A stretch of 64,000 nucleotides of DNA. Source: Miltoncostaeaceae bacterium (GTDB taxonomy: Bacteria; Actinomycetota; Thermoleophilia; Miltoncostaeales; Miltoncostaeaceae). The notes beneath the pieces are model-generated. The model was not told the origin of the DNA. It saw nothing but the letters and a program-made list of their open reading frames with translations, and searched no databases. Shown here piece by piece: positions 1 to 7,448 of the stretch. Location of the stretch: positions 21,629-85,628 of the forward strand of contig CAWEYS010000008.1 of NCBI GenBank assembly GCA_963813355.1, read 5' to 3'. The position numbers and the translations under genes were made by a program. Within the stretch, counting starts at the first letter, position 1. Every line of letters starts with the position of its first letter.

Positions 1-432
1 GAGGGGCCGGCCTGCGTCTTCTGCGACCTGCCGGCGCGGGGGGACGACGCCGCCACCTACATCCTCCACCGGGGCGAGCGCACGTTCGTGATCATGAACC
101 TCTACCCCTACAACAACGGCCACCTGATGATCGTCCCGTACGCTCACGTCGATACGCTCGCGGCCCTCGAGGAGCCCACCCTCACGGAGATGATGATGCT
201 GGCGCAGCGCTCCCAGGCGGTGCTGGAGGAACGGATGCGGCCCCAGGGCTTCAACATGGGCATCAACCAGGGCCGGGCGGCCGGCGCCGGGATCGCCGAC
301 CACCTGCACATGCACCTGCTGCCGCGCTGGGTCGGCGACACCAACTTCATGCCCGCCCTCGGGGACGTGCGGGTGATGCCCCAGCACCTCGACGAGACCT
401 ATGCGCTGCTGGCCGGGGGGTTCGCGGAGTGA
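1..432 (+). CDS. HIT (histidine triad) family protein, 5'-partial at window edge
   Basis: Frame-1 ORF is open from nt 1. Translation carries the histidine-triad signature HLHMHLLPRW and NNGHLMIVP. GC3 is strong. Confidence 0.85.
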   Translation, partial: EGPACVFCDLPARGDDAATYILHRGERTFVIMNLYPYNNGHLMIVPYAHVDTLAALEEPTLTEMMMLAQRSQAVLEERMRPQGFNMGINQGRAAGAGIADHLHMHLLPRWVGDTNFMPALGDVRVMPQHLDETYALLAGGFAE

Positions 433-1778
433 CGATCGACCCGGGGGTCTTCAAGGCGTACGACGTGCGGGGCGTGTACCCCGCCGAGATCGACGAGGAC
501 GGGGGACGGCGCGTCGGAGCGGCCTTCGTGGCCGTCACGGGGGCGAAGCGCATCGCGCTCGGGCACGACGTCCGCCTGTCGTCGCCCTCGATGGCCGAGG
601 CCGTGGCCGAGGGGGCCCTGGCGGCGGGCGCCGACGTCGTGGAGCTCGGCCTCTGCGCGACCGAGATGCTCTACTTCGCCGTCGGGGACGGCGGGCTCGA
701 CGCCGGCATCTGCGTCACCGCCAGCCACAACCCGCCCAGGTACACCGGCATGAAGATGGTGCGCGAGGGCGCGCTGCCGCTCGCGGGCGACTCCGGCATC
801 GGCGAGGTCGGGCGGATCGCCGCCAACGGGCCGCCGACGGCGCCGTCACCGGGCGCACGATCGCGCGACGACGGGCTGCTCGGGCGCTACGTCGACCGCT
901 GCATGTCGTTCGTCGACCCCGCGGCCGTGCGCGACCTGCGGGTCGTGGTGGACGCCGCCAACGGGATGGCGGGGCTGTTCCTGCCGCCGGCCCTGGAGCG
1001 CCTGGCCATCGACGCCGTGCCCTTCTTCCTCGACCTCGACGGCACCTTCCCCAACCACGAGCCGAACCCGCTCCTCCCCGAGAACCGCGAGTTCGTCATC
1101 GGCAAGGTGCGGGAGGAGGGCGCCGACCTCGGCATCGCCTTCGACGGCGACGCCGACCGCTGCTTCTTCATCGACGACGCGGGCGAGTTCGTGCCCGGCG
1201 ACTTCCTCACGGCGCTGCTCGCGCAGCACCTGCTGGGGCGGGCGGGCCCCGCGACGATCGTCTACGACCTGCGGGCCTCGTGGGCCGTGCGCGACACCGT
1301 CCGCGCCGCCGGCGGAACCCCCGACATGTGGCGCGTGGGCCACGCGTTCATCAAGCGCCGCATGCGCGAGGTGGACGCCCTCTTCGCCGGCGAGGTCAGC
1401 GGCCACTACTACTTCCGCGACTTCTTCTACGCCGACACCGGCCTGGTCCCGGCGCTGCTGGTGATGGAGATGATCGCGACGGCGGGGACGCCGCTGTCGG
1501 AGATGGTGGCGGGCTTCCGCGAGCGCTACCACGTCTCGGGCGAGATCAACTCGACGGTCGACGACGTTCCGGCGGCGCTCGAGCGGCTGCGCGAGCGGTA
1601 CGGCGACGGCAACCAGTTCGAGATCGACGGCCTGTCGGTCGAGTACGAGGACTGGCACTTCAACGTGCGCCCCTCGAACACCGAGCCGCTGCTCCGGCTG
1701 AACCTCGAGTCGCTCGTGTCCGAGGAGGACATGGAGCGCCGCCGCGACGAGGTGCTCGAGGTGATCCGCTCCGGGTGA
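429..1778 (+). CDS. phosphomannomutase/phosphoglucomutase
   Basis: 449 aa with the active-site Ser loop TASHNPPRYTGMK, the Mg loop FDGDADR and GEVSGHYYF. The GTG start overlaps the HIT stop (GTGA). Confidence 0.9.
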   Translation: MTIDPGVFKAYDVRGVYPAEIDEDGGRRVGAAFVAVTGAKRIALGHDVRLSSPSMAEAVAEGALAAGADVVELGLCATEMLYFAVGDGGLDAGICVTASHNPPRYTGMKMVREGALPLAGDSGIGEVGRIAANGPPTAPSPGARSRDDGLLGRYVDRCMSFVDPAAVRDLRVVVDAANGMAGLFLPPALERLAIDAVPFFLDLDGTFPNHEPNPLLPENREFVIGKVREEGADLGIAFDGDADRCFFIDDAGEFVPGDFLTALLAQHLLGRAGPATIVYDLRASWAVRDTVRAAGGTPDMWRVGHAFIKRRMREVDALFAGEVSGHYYFRDFFYADTGLVPALLVMEMIATAGTPLSEMVAGFRERYHVSGEINSTVDDVPAALERLRERYGDGNQFEIDGLSVEYEDWHFNVRPSNTEPLLRLNLESLVSEEDMERRRDEVLEVIRSG

Positions 1779-2374
1779 CCGGCGCGGACGCGGCCCTCGT
1801 CGCCGTCGACGACCTGGAGGTGCGCTATCACGGGGGTCCCGACCCGGCCGTGCGCGACGTCTCCCTGCGCATCGGGCCCGGCGAGGGCCTGCTGGTCGCC
1901 GGCCCCGCGGGCGCCGGCAAGACGAGCCTGCTGCGCGGCCTGCTGGGCTTGGTCCCGCGCGCCGGCCGGGTGAGCCTGCCCGCCAGGGTCGGCTACGGGC
2001 CGCAGGGCGGCGGCTTCGCCAGCGGCCTGCGCGTCGACGAGACCGCGCGGACGATCGCCGCGCTGCGGGGTGCGGGCGACCCGCGCGCGGCGGCCGCCGA
2101 CGCGCTGGCCCGGGCGGGGCTGGGGTTCGTGGCCCGCTGGCGCACGCGCCGGCTCGACGCCGAGGGCTGGCGGCGCCTGAGCCTGGCCCTGGCCATCGCC
2201 GGCGACCCGCCCCTGGTCGTGCTGGACGACCCCTGGGTCCTGGCCGAGACGCTCCGCGAGATCGACCGCGCCCGCGAGCGCGGGGCCGCCGTGCTGGCGG
2301 CCTCGTCCCGCCCCGCGGGGCTCGCTCCGGCCCTCGGGCGCCGCCTGGACATGGCCGACGGGGCGCCGCGCTGA
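1775..2374 (+). CDS. ABC-type ATPase-like protein with degenerate signature and Walker B motifs
   Basis: The GTG at 1775 overlaps the upstream stop (GTGA). Walker A is GPAGAGKTS. The LSGGQ position reads LDAEGWRRLSLA and Walker B reads LVVLDDP (Asp instead of the catalytic Glu). Confidence 0.7.
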   Translation: MTGADAALVAVDDLEVRYHGGPDPAVRDVSLRIGPGEGLLVAGPAGAGKTSLLRGLLGLVPRAGRVSLPARVGYGPQGGGFASGLRVDETARTIAALRGAGDPRAAAADALARAGLGFVARWRTRRLDAEGWRRLSLALAIAGDPPLVVLDDPWVLAETLREIDRARERGAAVLAASSRPAGLAPALGRRLDMADGAPR

Positions 2375-3186
2375 GCCCCCTCGCCCGGCTCTCGTGGTCG
2401 CAGCTCCTGCGCCTGGCCCGCCGGCCCTGGGTCCAGGGCGTGGCGGGAGGCGGCCTGGTGGCCGTGGTCGTCATCGCCGCCGCGGCCGCGGCCGACTCCG
2501 GCCTGGAGCGCGAGGACGCCCTGCGCAGCGACGGCGCGGCCCTGCTGCTGCTGGGCGGGCTCGTCGCCGCCGTCGGGCTCGGCGCCGGCGCGCTGAACCG
2601 CGACGCGGCCACGGGCCACCTGGGCCTGCTGGTCGGCTCCGGCGCCTCGCGGCGCGAGGTGGCCGCGGCCGCCCTGCTGGCGCGCGTCGTGGCCCTCGCG
2701 GCGATGGTGGCCGCCTGGGGGGTGGCGCTCCAGGTCGGCAGCCTCGCCCTGGGGCTCGGCCTGGACGGGCCGCTGGCGGTCCACACGCTGGCGGCCTCGG
2801 TCGGCCTCCTCCTGACCCTGCTGGCGGCGGGCGCGGCGAGCTCGGTGGTCGGCCCGGTGGCGGCGGGCGCGTTCGGCCTGGTGGTGTTCATCGCGGCCCA
2901 GGCGGCCGTCAACCTGAAGGCGGCCGCCGACCAGGACCTCATCGGCACCGCCGACGCGGCGGTGAGCGCCGTCTACTACGTCGTGCCCCGCGCCATCGTC
3001 TCGCCCATGATCTCCGAGCTGCAGGGCCGCGACGTCGGCGGCCCGGCGGCGCCGTCGCTCGAGATCAACGACAACCTGGTGCTGGTGCCGGCGTCCGGCT
3101 GGGGCAGCGTCGTCTGGACGCTCGCGTGGTGCGCGCTCCTGGCGATCGCCTGCGTCGCCGGCCTGCGGAGGCGGCCGCTGGTCTGA
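2371..3186 (+). CDS. polytopic membrane protein, putative permease partner of the preceding ATPase
   Basis: Hydrophobic Ala/Leu/Val/Gly-rich ORF with several predicted TM spans. The first canonical start is GTG 2440, but perfect GC3 continues upstream to CTG 2371, which overlaps the ATPase stop (CTGA). Confidence 0.6.
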   Translation: MSPLARLSWSQLLRLARRPWVQGVAGGGLVAVVVIAAAAAADSGLEREDALRSDGAALLLLGGLVAAVGLGAGALNRDAATGHLGLLVGSGASRREVAAAALLARVVALAAMVAAWGVALQVGSLALGLGLDGPLAVHTLAASVGLLLTLLAAGAASSVVGPVAAGAFGLVVFIAAQAAVNLKAAADQDLIGTADAAVSAVYYVVPRAIVSPMISELQGRDVGGPAAPSLEINDNLVLVPASGWGSVVWTLAWCALLAIACVAGLRRRPLV

Positions 3187-3268
3187 CGAGCCGGACCGCG
3201 CGCCGGCCTTGACGCGTCCGCCGGGGCGGTGAAGGCTGGATCCCCGGTCACGATGAGAGGGGGCGCCC

Positions 3269-4168
3269 GTGCGCAACGACGTCGAGTTCGACGCTGACGG
3301 TGTGACGCTGCGGGGGTGGCTGTACGTCCCCGACGGCGCGGCGGGCCCGGTGCCGACGATCGTGATGTCCCACGGCTTCTCCGCCGTGAAGGAGATGTAC
3401 CTCGACCGCTTCGCCGAGGCCTTCGCCGAGGCCGGGCTCGGGGCCCTGGTCTACGACCACCGCAACTTCGGCGCGAGCGACGGCGAGCCGCGGCTGGAGA
3501 TCGACCCCTGGGCTCAGGTGCGCGACTACCGCGACGCGATCAGCTACGCGCAGACCCGGCCCGAGGTCGACGCCGACCGCATCGGCGTCTGGGGGTCGAG
3601 CTACTCGGGCGGGCACGTCCTCGTGGTGGGCGCGATCGACCGCCGCGTGAAGTGCGTGGCCTGCCAGGTGCCGCTGATCAGCGGGCACGAGAACGCCCGG
3701 CGCATCGTGCGCAGCGACTTCATCGCACCGGTGGGCGGGATGTTCGACGACGACCGCGCGGCCCGCTACGCGGGGGAGCCGCCGGCGATGATCCCGGTGG
3801 TCGACGAGGACCCGATGGCCCCCTCGGCGCTTCCGACGGCCGACTCGTACGAGTGGTTCACGGCGACCGGCGCGTCGCGGGCCCCGACGTGGCGCAACGA
3901 GGTGACGCTGCGCAGCGTGGAGATGTTCTGGGAGTACGAGCCCGGCGCCTACATCGGCTGGGTGTCGCCCACGCCGCTGCTCATCGTGGTCGCGGCCAAG
4001 GACCACCTGACCGTCTCCGACCTCGCCATCGCGGCCTACGAGCGGGCGCTCGAGCCCAAGCGGCTCGTGGTGCTGCCGGGGAGCCACTTCGAGGCCTACA
4101 CGACCGCCTTCGCCGACGCCTCGGGGGCCGCGGCCGACTGGTTCGTCACGCACCTGCTCGGGGGCTGA
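3269..4168 (+). CDS. alpha/beta hydrolase
   Basis: 299 aa with the nucleophile elbow GSSYSGG and a HGFSAVKE N-terminal block. GTG start is preceded by GAGAGGGGG. Confidence 0.8.
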   Translation: MRNDVEFDADGVTLRGWLYVPDGAAGPVPTIVMSHGFSAVKEMYLDRFAEAFAEAGLGALVYDHRNFGASDGEPRLEIDPWAQVRDYRDAISYAQTRPEVDADRIGVWGSSYSGGHVLVVGAIDRRVKCVACQVPLISGHENARRIVRSDFIAPVGGMFDDDRAARYAGEPPAMIPVVDEDPMAPSALPTADSYEWFTATGASRAPTWRNEVTLRSVEMFWEYEPGAYIGWVSPTPLLIVVAAKDHLTVSDLAIAAYERALEPKRLVVLPGSHFEAYTTAFADASGAAADWFVTHLLGG

Positions 4169-4180
4169 CCCGCCGGGCCG

Positions 4181-4549
4181 TCAGGGGATCGCGTCGTCCA
4201 GGGGCCGGCGGCCGGCGAACCCGGCGTCGGTCTCGTGCCACCACTCGATCCGCTCCTCGCCCACCCGCCAGCACAGGTAGACCTCGCGCCCCTCGCGCAG
4301 CGCCGGGAAGTCGCAGATGCCGGTGTCGAGGTCGCGCACGACCACGCCCCAGCGGTCGATCTGCGCCAGGCCCCGGGTGAAGCGGAGCGCCGCCTCGCCG
4401 AAGACGGTGCCGTCCGCGCCGCCCCCGTTGCCGCCGGCGGCGGCCCGCAGCCGCGCGGCCCGCTCGGGGTCGGCCATGACGGCGCGGGCCGCCCGGAGCT
4501 CGGCGATCAGCGCGCCCAGCGGCTCGAGGAGCGCCGACGCCTGCGCCAG
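4181..4549 (-). CDS. DUF2203-like small protein
   Basis: C-terminus reads ICDFPALREGREVYLCWRVGEERIEWWHETDAGFAGRRPL. The listed ORF starts at ATG 4477, but 100% GC3 and a plausible N-terminal helix (YTLAQASALLEPL) continue upstream to about 4561. That stretch has only CTG/ACG as in-frame start candidates, so the start is uncertain. Confidence 0.55.
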   Translation of the reverse strand: MAQASALLEPLGALIAELRAARAVMADPERAARLRAAAGGNGGGADGTVFGEAALRFTRGLAQIDRWGVVVRDLDTGICDFPALREGREVYLCWRVGEERIEWWHETDAGFAGRRPLDDAIP

Positions 4550-4562
4550 GGTGTAGGTCGTG

Positions 4563-5648
4563 CTAGGCGACGACCTCGTCGCGCCGCACGGGGCGGTAGA
4601 GCGTGTCGCGCTCGACCGGGACCTTGCCCCCCGCCCGGATCAGCGTCTCCATCCGCTCCTGGGAGAGCCCGAGCGGCGTCTGGACCGTCGTGGCGTGCGC
4701 GATCCGCTCCTCGGTGAGCGTGCCGGACAGGTCGTCGAGGCCGTAGCCGAGGGCCTCGGACGTGATCTCCTCGCCGAGCATCACCCAGTGGCCCTTGACG
4801 TGCGGGAAGGTGTCCAGGAACAGCCGCGCCACGGCGATCGTGCGCAGCTTCTCCTCGCGCGTCGGGCCCGGGAGGTACGCGAAGTCGGTGTTGCCGGGCA
4901 GGAACGGCAGCGGGATGAAGGCCTGGAAGCCGCCCGTGTCGTCCTGCAGGTCGCGCAGCTCGCGCATGTGGTCAACCTGCTCCTCGGGCGTCTCGAAGTG
5001 GCCGAAGAGGAGGGTCGCGTTGGTCCGCAGGCCCTGGGCGTGCGCCTCGCGGTGGACCTCGAGCCACGTCTCTGCGGGGACCTTGCGATCGGCGATGATC
5101 TTGCGGACGCGCGGGCTGAAGACCTCGGCGCCGCCGCCGGGCATCGTGTCGTGGCCGGCCGCGCGCAGCCGCCGCAGCGCCTCGGCGCTGGTGACCTTCG
5201 AGATCCGCGCGATGAAGTCCACCTCGACCGCCGTGAGGGCGGTCAGCGACACGTGCGGCAGGGTCGCCTTGAGCTCGGAGAACAGCTCCTCGTAGTAGGG
5301 GAGGTCGTACTCCTTGGTCATCCCGCCCACGATGTGGAGCTCGGTGATGCCCAGGCCGGCGAGCTGCCCGGCCCGGTCGACGAGCTGGTCGACGCTGTAC
5401 GCGTAGGCGCGCTCGTCCTTCTCGGTCCAGACCGCGAACGCGCAGAACCCGCAGCCGACCACGCAGATGTTGGTCGGGTTGAGGTGGGCGTTGACGTTGT
5501 AGGTCACGTCGTCGCCGTAGCGGCGCCGCACCACCGCGTCGGCCGCCGCACCGAGCTCCTCGAGCGGCGCCTCGCGGTAGAGCGCCACCGCCTCCTCCGG
5601 GGTGATCCGCCCACCGTCGGCGGCGCGGGCGAGGGTGGCCTCGGTCAT
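4563..5648 (-). CDS. radical SAM enzyme of the MqnC/MqnE (futalosine menaquinone pathway)/CofH type
   Basis: 361 aa with the CxxxCxxC cluster CVVGCGFCAF. Also carries PGGGAEVF, TNATLLFGH and DTGGFQAFIPLPF blocks typical of this family. I cannot separate MqnC from MqnE by eye. Confidence 0.8.
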   Translation of the reverse strand: MTEATLARAADGGRITPEEAVALYREAPLEELGAAADAVVRRRYGDDVTYNVNAHLNPTNICVVGCGFCAFAVWTEKDERAYAYSVDQLVDRAGQLAGLGITELHIVGGMTKEYDLPYYEELFSELKATLPHVSLTALTAVEVDFIARISKVTSAEALRRLRAAGHDTMPGGGAEVFSPRVRKIIADRKVPAETWLEVHREAHAQGLRTNATLLFGHFETPEEQVDHMRELRDLQDDTGGFQAFIPLPFLPGNTDFAYLPGPTREEKLRTIAVARLFLDTFPHVKGHWVMLGEEITSEALGYGLDDLSGTLTEERIAHATTVQTPLGLSQERMETLIRAGGKVPVERDTLYRPVRRDEVVA

Positions 5649-5656
5649 GGCGTCCG

Positions 5657-5662
5657 AGGTTA
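5657..5662 (-). promoter_or_regulatory. candidate -10 box (TAACCT) 8 nt upstream of the radical-SAM gene ATG (leaderless-type)
   Basis: Minus strand reads TAACCT-cggacgcc-ATG(5648). There is no Shine-Dalgarno sequence in between. Confidence 0.35.
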
Positions 5663-5703
5663 TCAGGGGCTCCCGTCACCATGATCGGACACCCGTGCCG
5701 CGC

Positions 5704-5709
5704 TAGGCT
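5704..5709 (+). promoter_or_regulatory. candidate -10 box (TAGGCT) 7 nt upstream of GTG 5717 (leaderless-type)
   Basis: Sequence reads TAGGCT-gcccccc-GTG, with no SD. Confidence 0.4.
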
Positions 5710-5716
5710 GCCCCCC

Positions 5717-6292
5717 GTGCCCGAGCACGCGCTGAAGGAGTGGGCGGTGACGGTCGCGGCCCTCGCCGCGGGGGACCAGGTCCTGATCGTCCGGAAGGGC
5801 GGGATCGGCGAGAAGCGCTTCGAGCTGCCCCACCCCCGCTTCTACCTCTTCCCCACCTACGCCCACCAGCGCCCCGAGCTCGTGAAGCCCGCCGGCCGGG
5901 CGCGCTTCGGCGACCCCCTTGCCCAGCGCGAGGAGCCTGAGCGGCTGCCCCTGCCGGCCTACGCCGAGCTGCACTCCGCCCACCCCATCGCCGACCCCGA
6001 TGCCCTGGCGGCGATCGACGGCCTGCACATCCTCGCGCCGTCCTACGCCGAGGAGCGCCTGCGCTGGCGGCGCAAGCACCCCCTCTGGGCCGCGGTGCTG
6101 CGGGTCTGGTCGCTGCCGGAGCCCCCGGTCCTGGAGAGCGCATCCGCGTACGGGGGCTGCGTGAGCTGGGTGGAGCTCCCGGAGGCGGTCGGCCCCCCGG
6201 AAGAGCGGCGGCCGGCGCTGGACGACGCGGCGTTCGAGGAGGCGGCGGGCGCCGTCGAGGAGGCCCTCGCGTCGTCCGGAGTCCCGCGCTGA
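5717..6292 (+). CDS. DUF1802-like protein
   Basis: ALKEWAVTVAALAAGDQVLIVRKGGIGEKRFELPHPRFYLFPTYAHQ matches my recollection of the DUF1802 N-terminus. The ORF track starts at ATG 5681. GTG 5717 fits the family N-terminus and the -10 box. Confidence 0.6.
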   Translation: MPEHALKEWAVTVAALAAGDQVLIVRKGGIGEKRFELPHPRFYLFPTYAHQRPELVKPAGRARFGDPLAQREEPERLPLPAYAELHSAHPIADPDALAAIDGLHILAPSYAEERLRWRRKHPLWAAVLRVWSLPEPPVLESASAYGGCVSWVELPEAVGPPEERRPALDDAAFEEAAGAVEEALASSGVPR

Positions 6293-6591
6293 TGCGCGCC
6301 CACGTGCTGGTCTGCCGAGGGCCGGACTGCGCCTCCCGCGGGGCCCAGGACGTCTACACCGCGGTGGCGTGGGAGGTCGAGCGGCGCGGCCTGTCCGAGG
6401 AGATCGTGCAGACCCAGTCCGGCTGCGTCGGGCCGCTGTGCGGCGGCGGGCCGGTGGTCTGCTGCTACCCGACCGGCGCCTGGTACGCGCCGGTGGCGCC
6501 CGCCGATGCGGCCGCGATCGTGGAGCGCGACCTGGAGCGCGGCGAGGTCGTGCACGGGCTGGCCGCGGCGCGGCTGGAGGGCGCCGCATGA
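6292..6591 (+). CDS. thioredoxin-like [2Fe-2S] ferredoxin
   Basis: 99 aa with Cys pairs CRGPDC and CVGPLC plus GPVVCCYP. The ATG overlaps the upstream TGA (TGATG). Confidence 0.7.
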   Translation: MRAHVLVCRGPDCASRGAQDVYTAVAWEVERRGLSEEIVQTQSGCVGPLCGGGPVVCCYPTGAWYAPVAPADAAAIVERDLERGEVVHGLAAARLEGAA

Positions 6592-6646
6592 GCCCTTCTC
6601 GGGCTCGGCCGCTCTCGGCGGCGACCGGCCCTCGGCGGGCGGCGGC

Positions 6647-6973
6647 GTGACCCACACGGAGGCCTTCGACGAGGTCCTGGCCGAGCAGCCCTCCGACTGG
6701 GCCTTCTTCGAGGTCTACGTCACGCTCGACGACCCCCTGCGGCTCAACGAGGCGCGCGTCGCGCTGGCGCGCGCGAACGCCCGGCCCATCCGGACCGTGG
6801 CCGACCACGACTTCGAGATCACGGTCGCGAACACGCACGGCCACGGCGCGCGCGCGGGCGTCGTGAGGTCGGCGCTCCGCATCCTCGACGACCGCCAGAT
6901 CGGCGGCCGCACCTGGGCCGGCGCGACCCGCACGCTGGTGCGGCCGGCGCCGCCCCACCGCTACGGCCCCTAG
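6647..6973 (+). CDS. hypothetical protein (108 aa)
   Basis: GTG 6647 is followed by near-100% GC3 down to TAG 6973. I recognised no motif. The upstream part of the listed ORF 6506..6973 overlaps the ferredoxin gene and looks non-coding. Confidence 0.6.
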   Translation: MTHTEAFDEVLAEQPSDWAFFEVYVTLDDPLRLNEARVALARANARPIRTVADHDFEITVANTHGHGARAGVVRSALRILDDRQIGGRTWAGATRTLVRPAPPHRYGP

Positions 6974-6988
6974 CACCAGGGCGCCGCG

Positions 6989-7438
6989 GTGAGCATGTAC
7001 CGGGACGAGGACGACCTGCAGCTCCTCGCCGAGCTCGCGGGGGTCCTCGACCAGACGGTGACCGACGCGGGGCTCTCCCAGGGCCCCTACCTCGTGCTGC
7101 GCGAGCTGGTGGCGCACCCCGGGCCCAACCAGGTCACCGACCTGGCCGCGCGCCTCGGGGGCGGGCCCGACGAGGTGGCGACGCTGTGCGGGCGGCTCGT
7201 GGAGGCCGGGCTGGCGGAGGCGCGGCCCAACGGCGTGGAGGCGACCGAGGAGGGCGTCGCCACGGCCGCGGCCCTCGAGGAGCGCGCCAACGACGCGATG
7301 CTCGCCTACGTGATCGAGCGGCCCCACACCGCCACGGTCTACGGGCTGGTGGCCGCGATGCAGAGCGGCCGCTTCACCGTGGAGGACCTGCTGCGCTTCA
7401 TCGCCGAGGGGCCGAGCGACGGCGACCCGGAGGCCTGA
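6989..7438 (+). CDS. MarR-like winged-helix transcriptional regulator
   Basis: 149 aa. LVLRELVAHPGPNQVTDLAARLGGGPDEVATLCGRLVEAGL resembles a wHTH recognition region. Confidence 0.55.
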   Translation: MSMYRDEDDLQLLAELAGVLDQTVTDAGLSQGPYLVLRELVAHPGPNQVTDLAARLGGGPDEVATLCGRLVEAGLAEARPNGVEATEEGVATAAALEERANDAMLAYVIERPHTATVYGLVAAMQSGRFTVEDLLRFIAEGPSDGDPEA

Positions 7439-7448
7439 GCGGCCGAGC

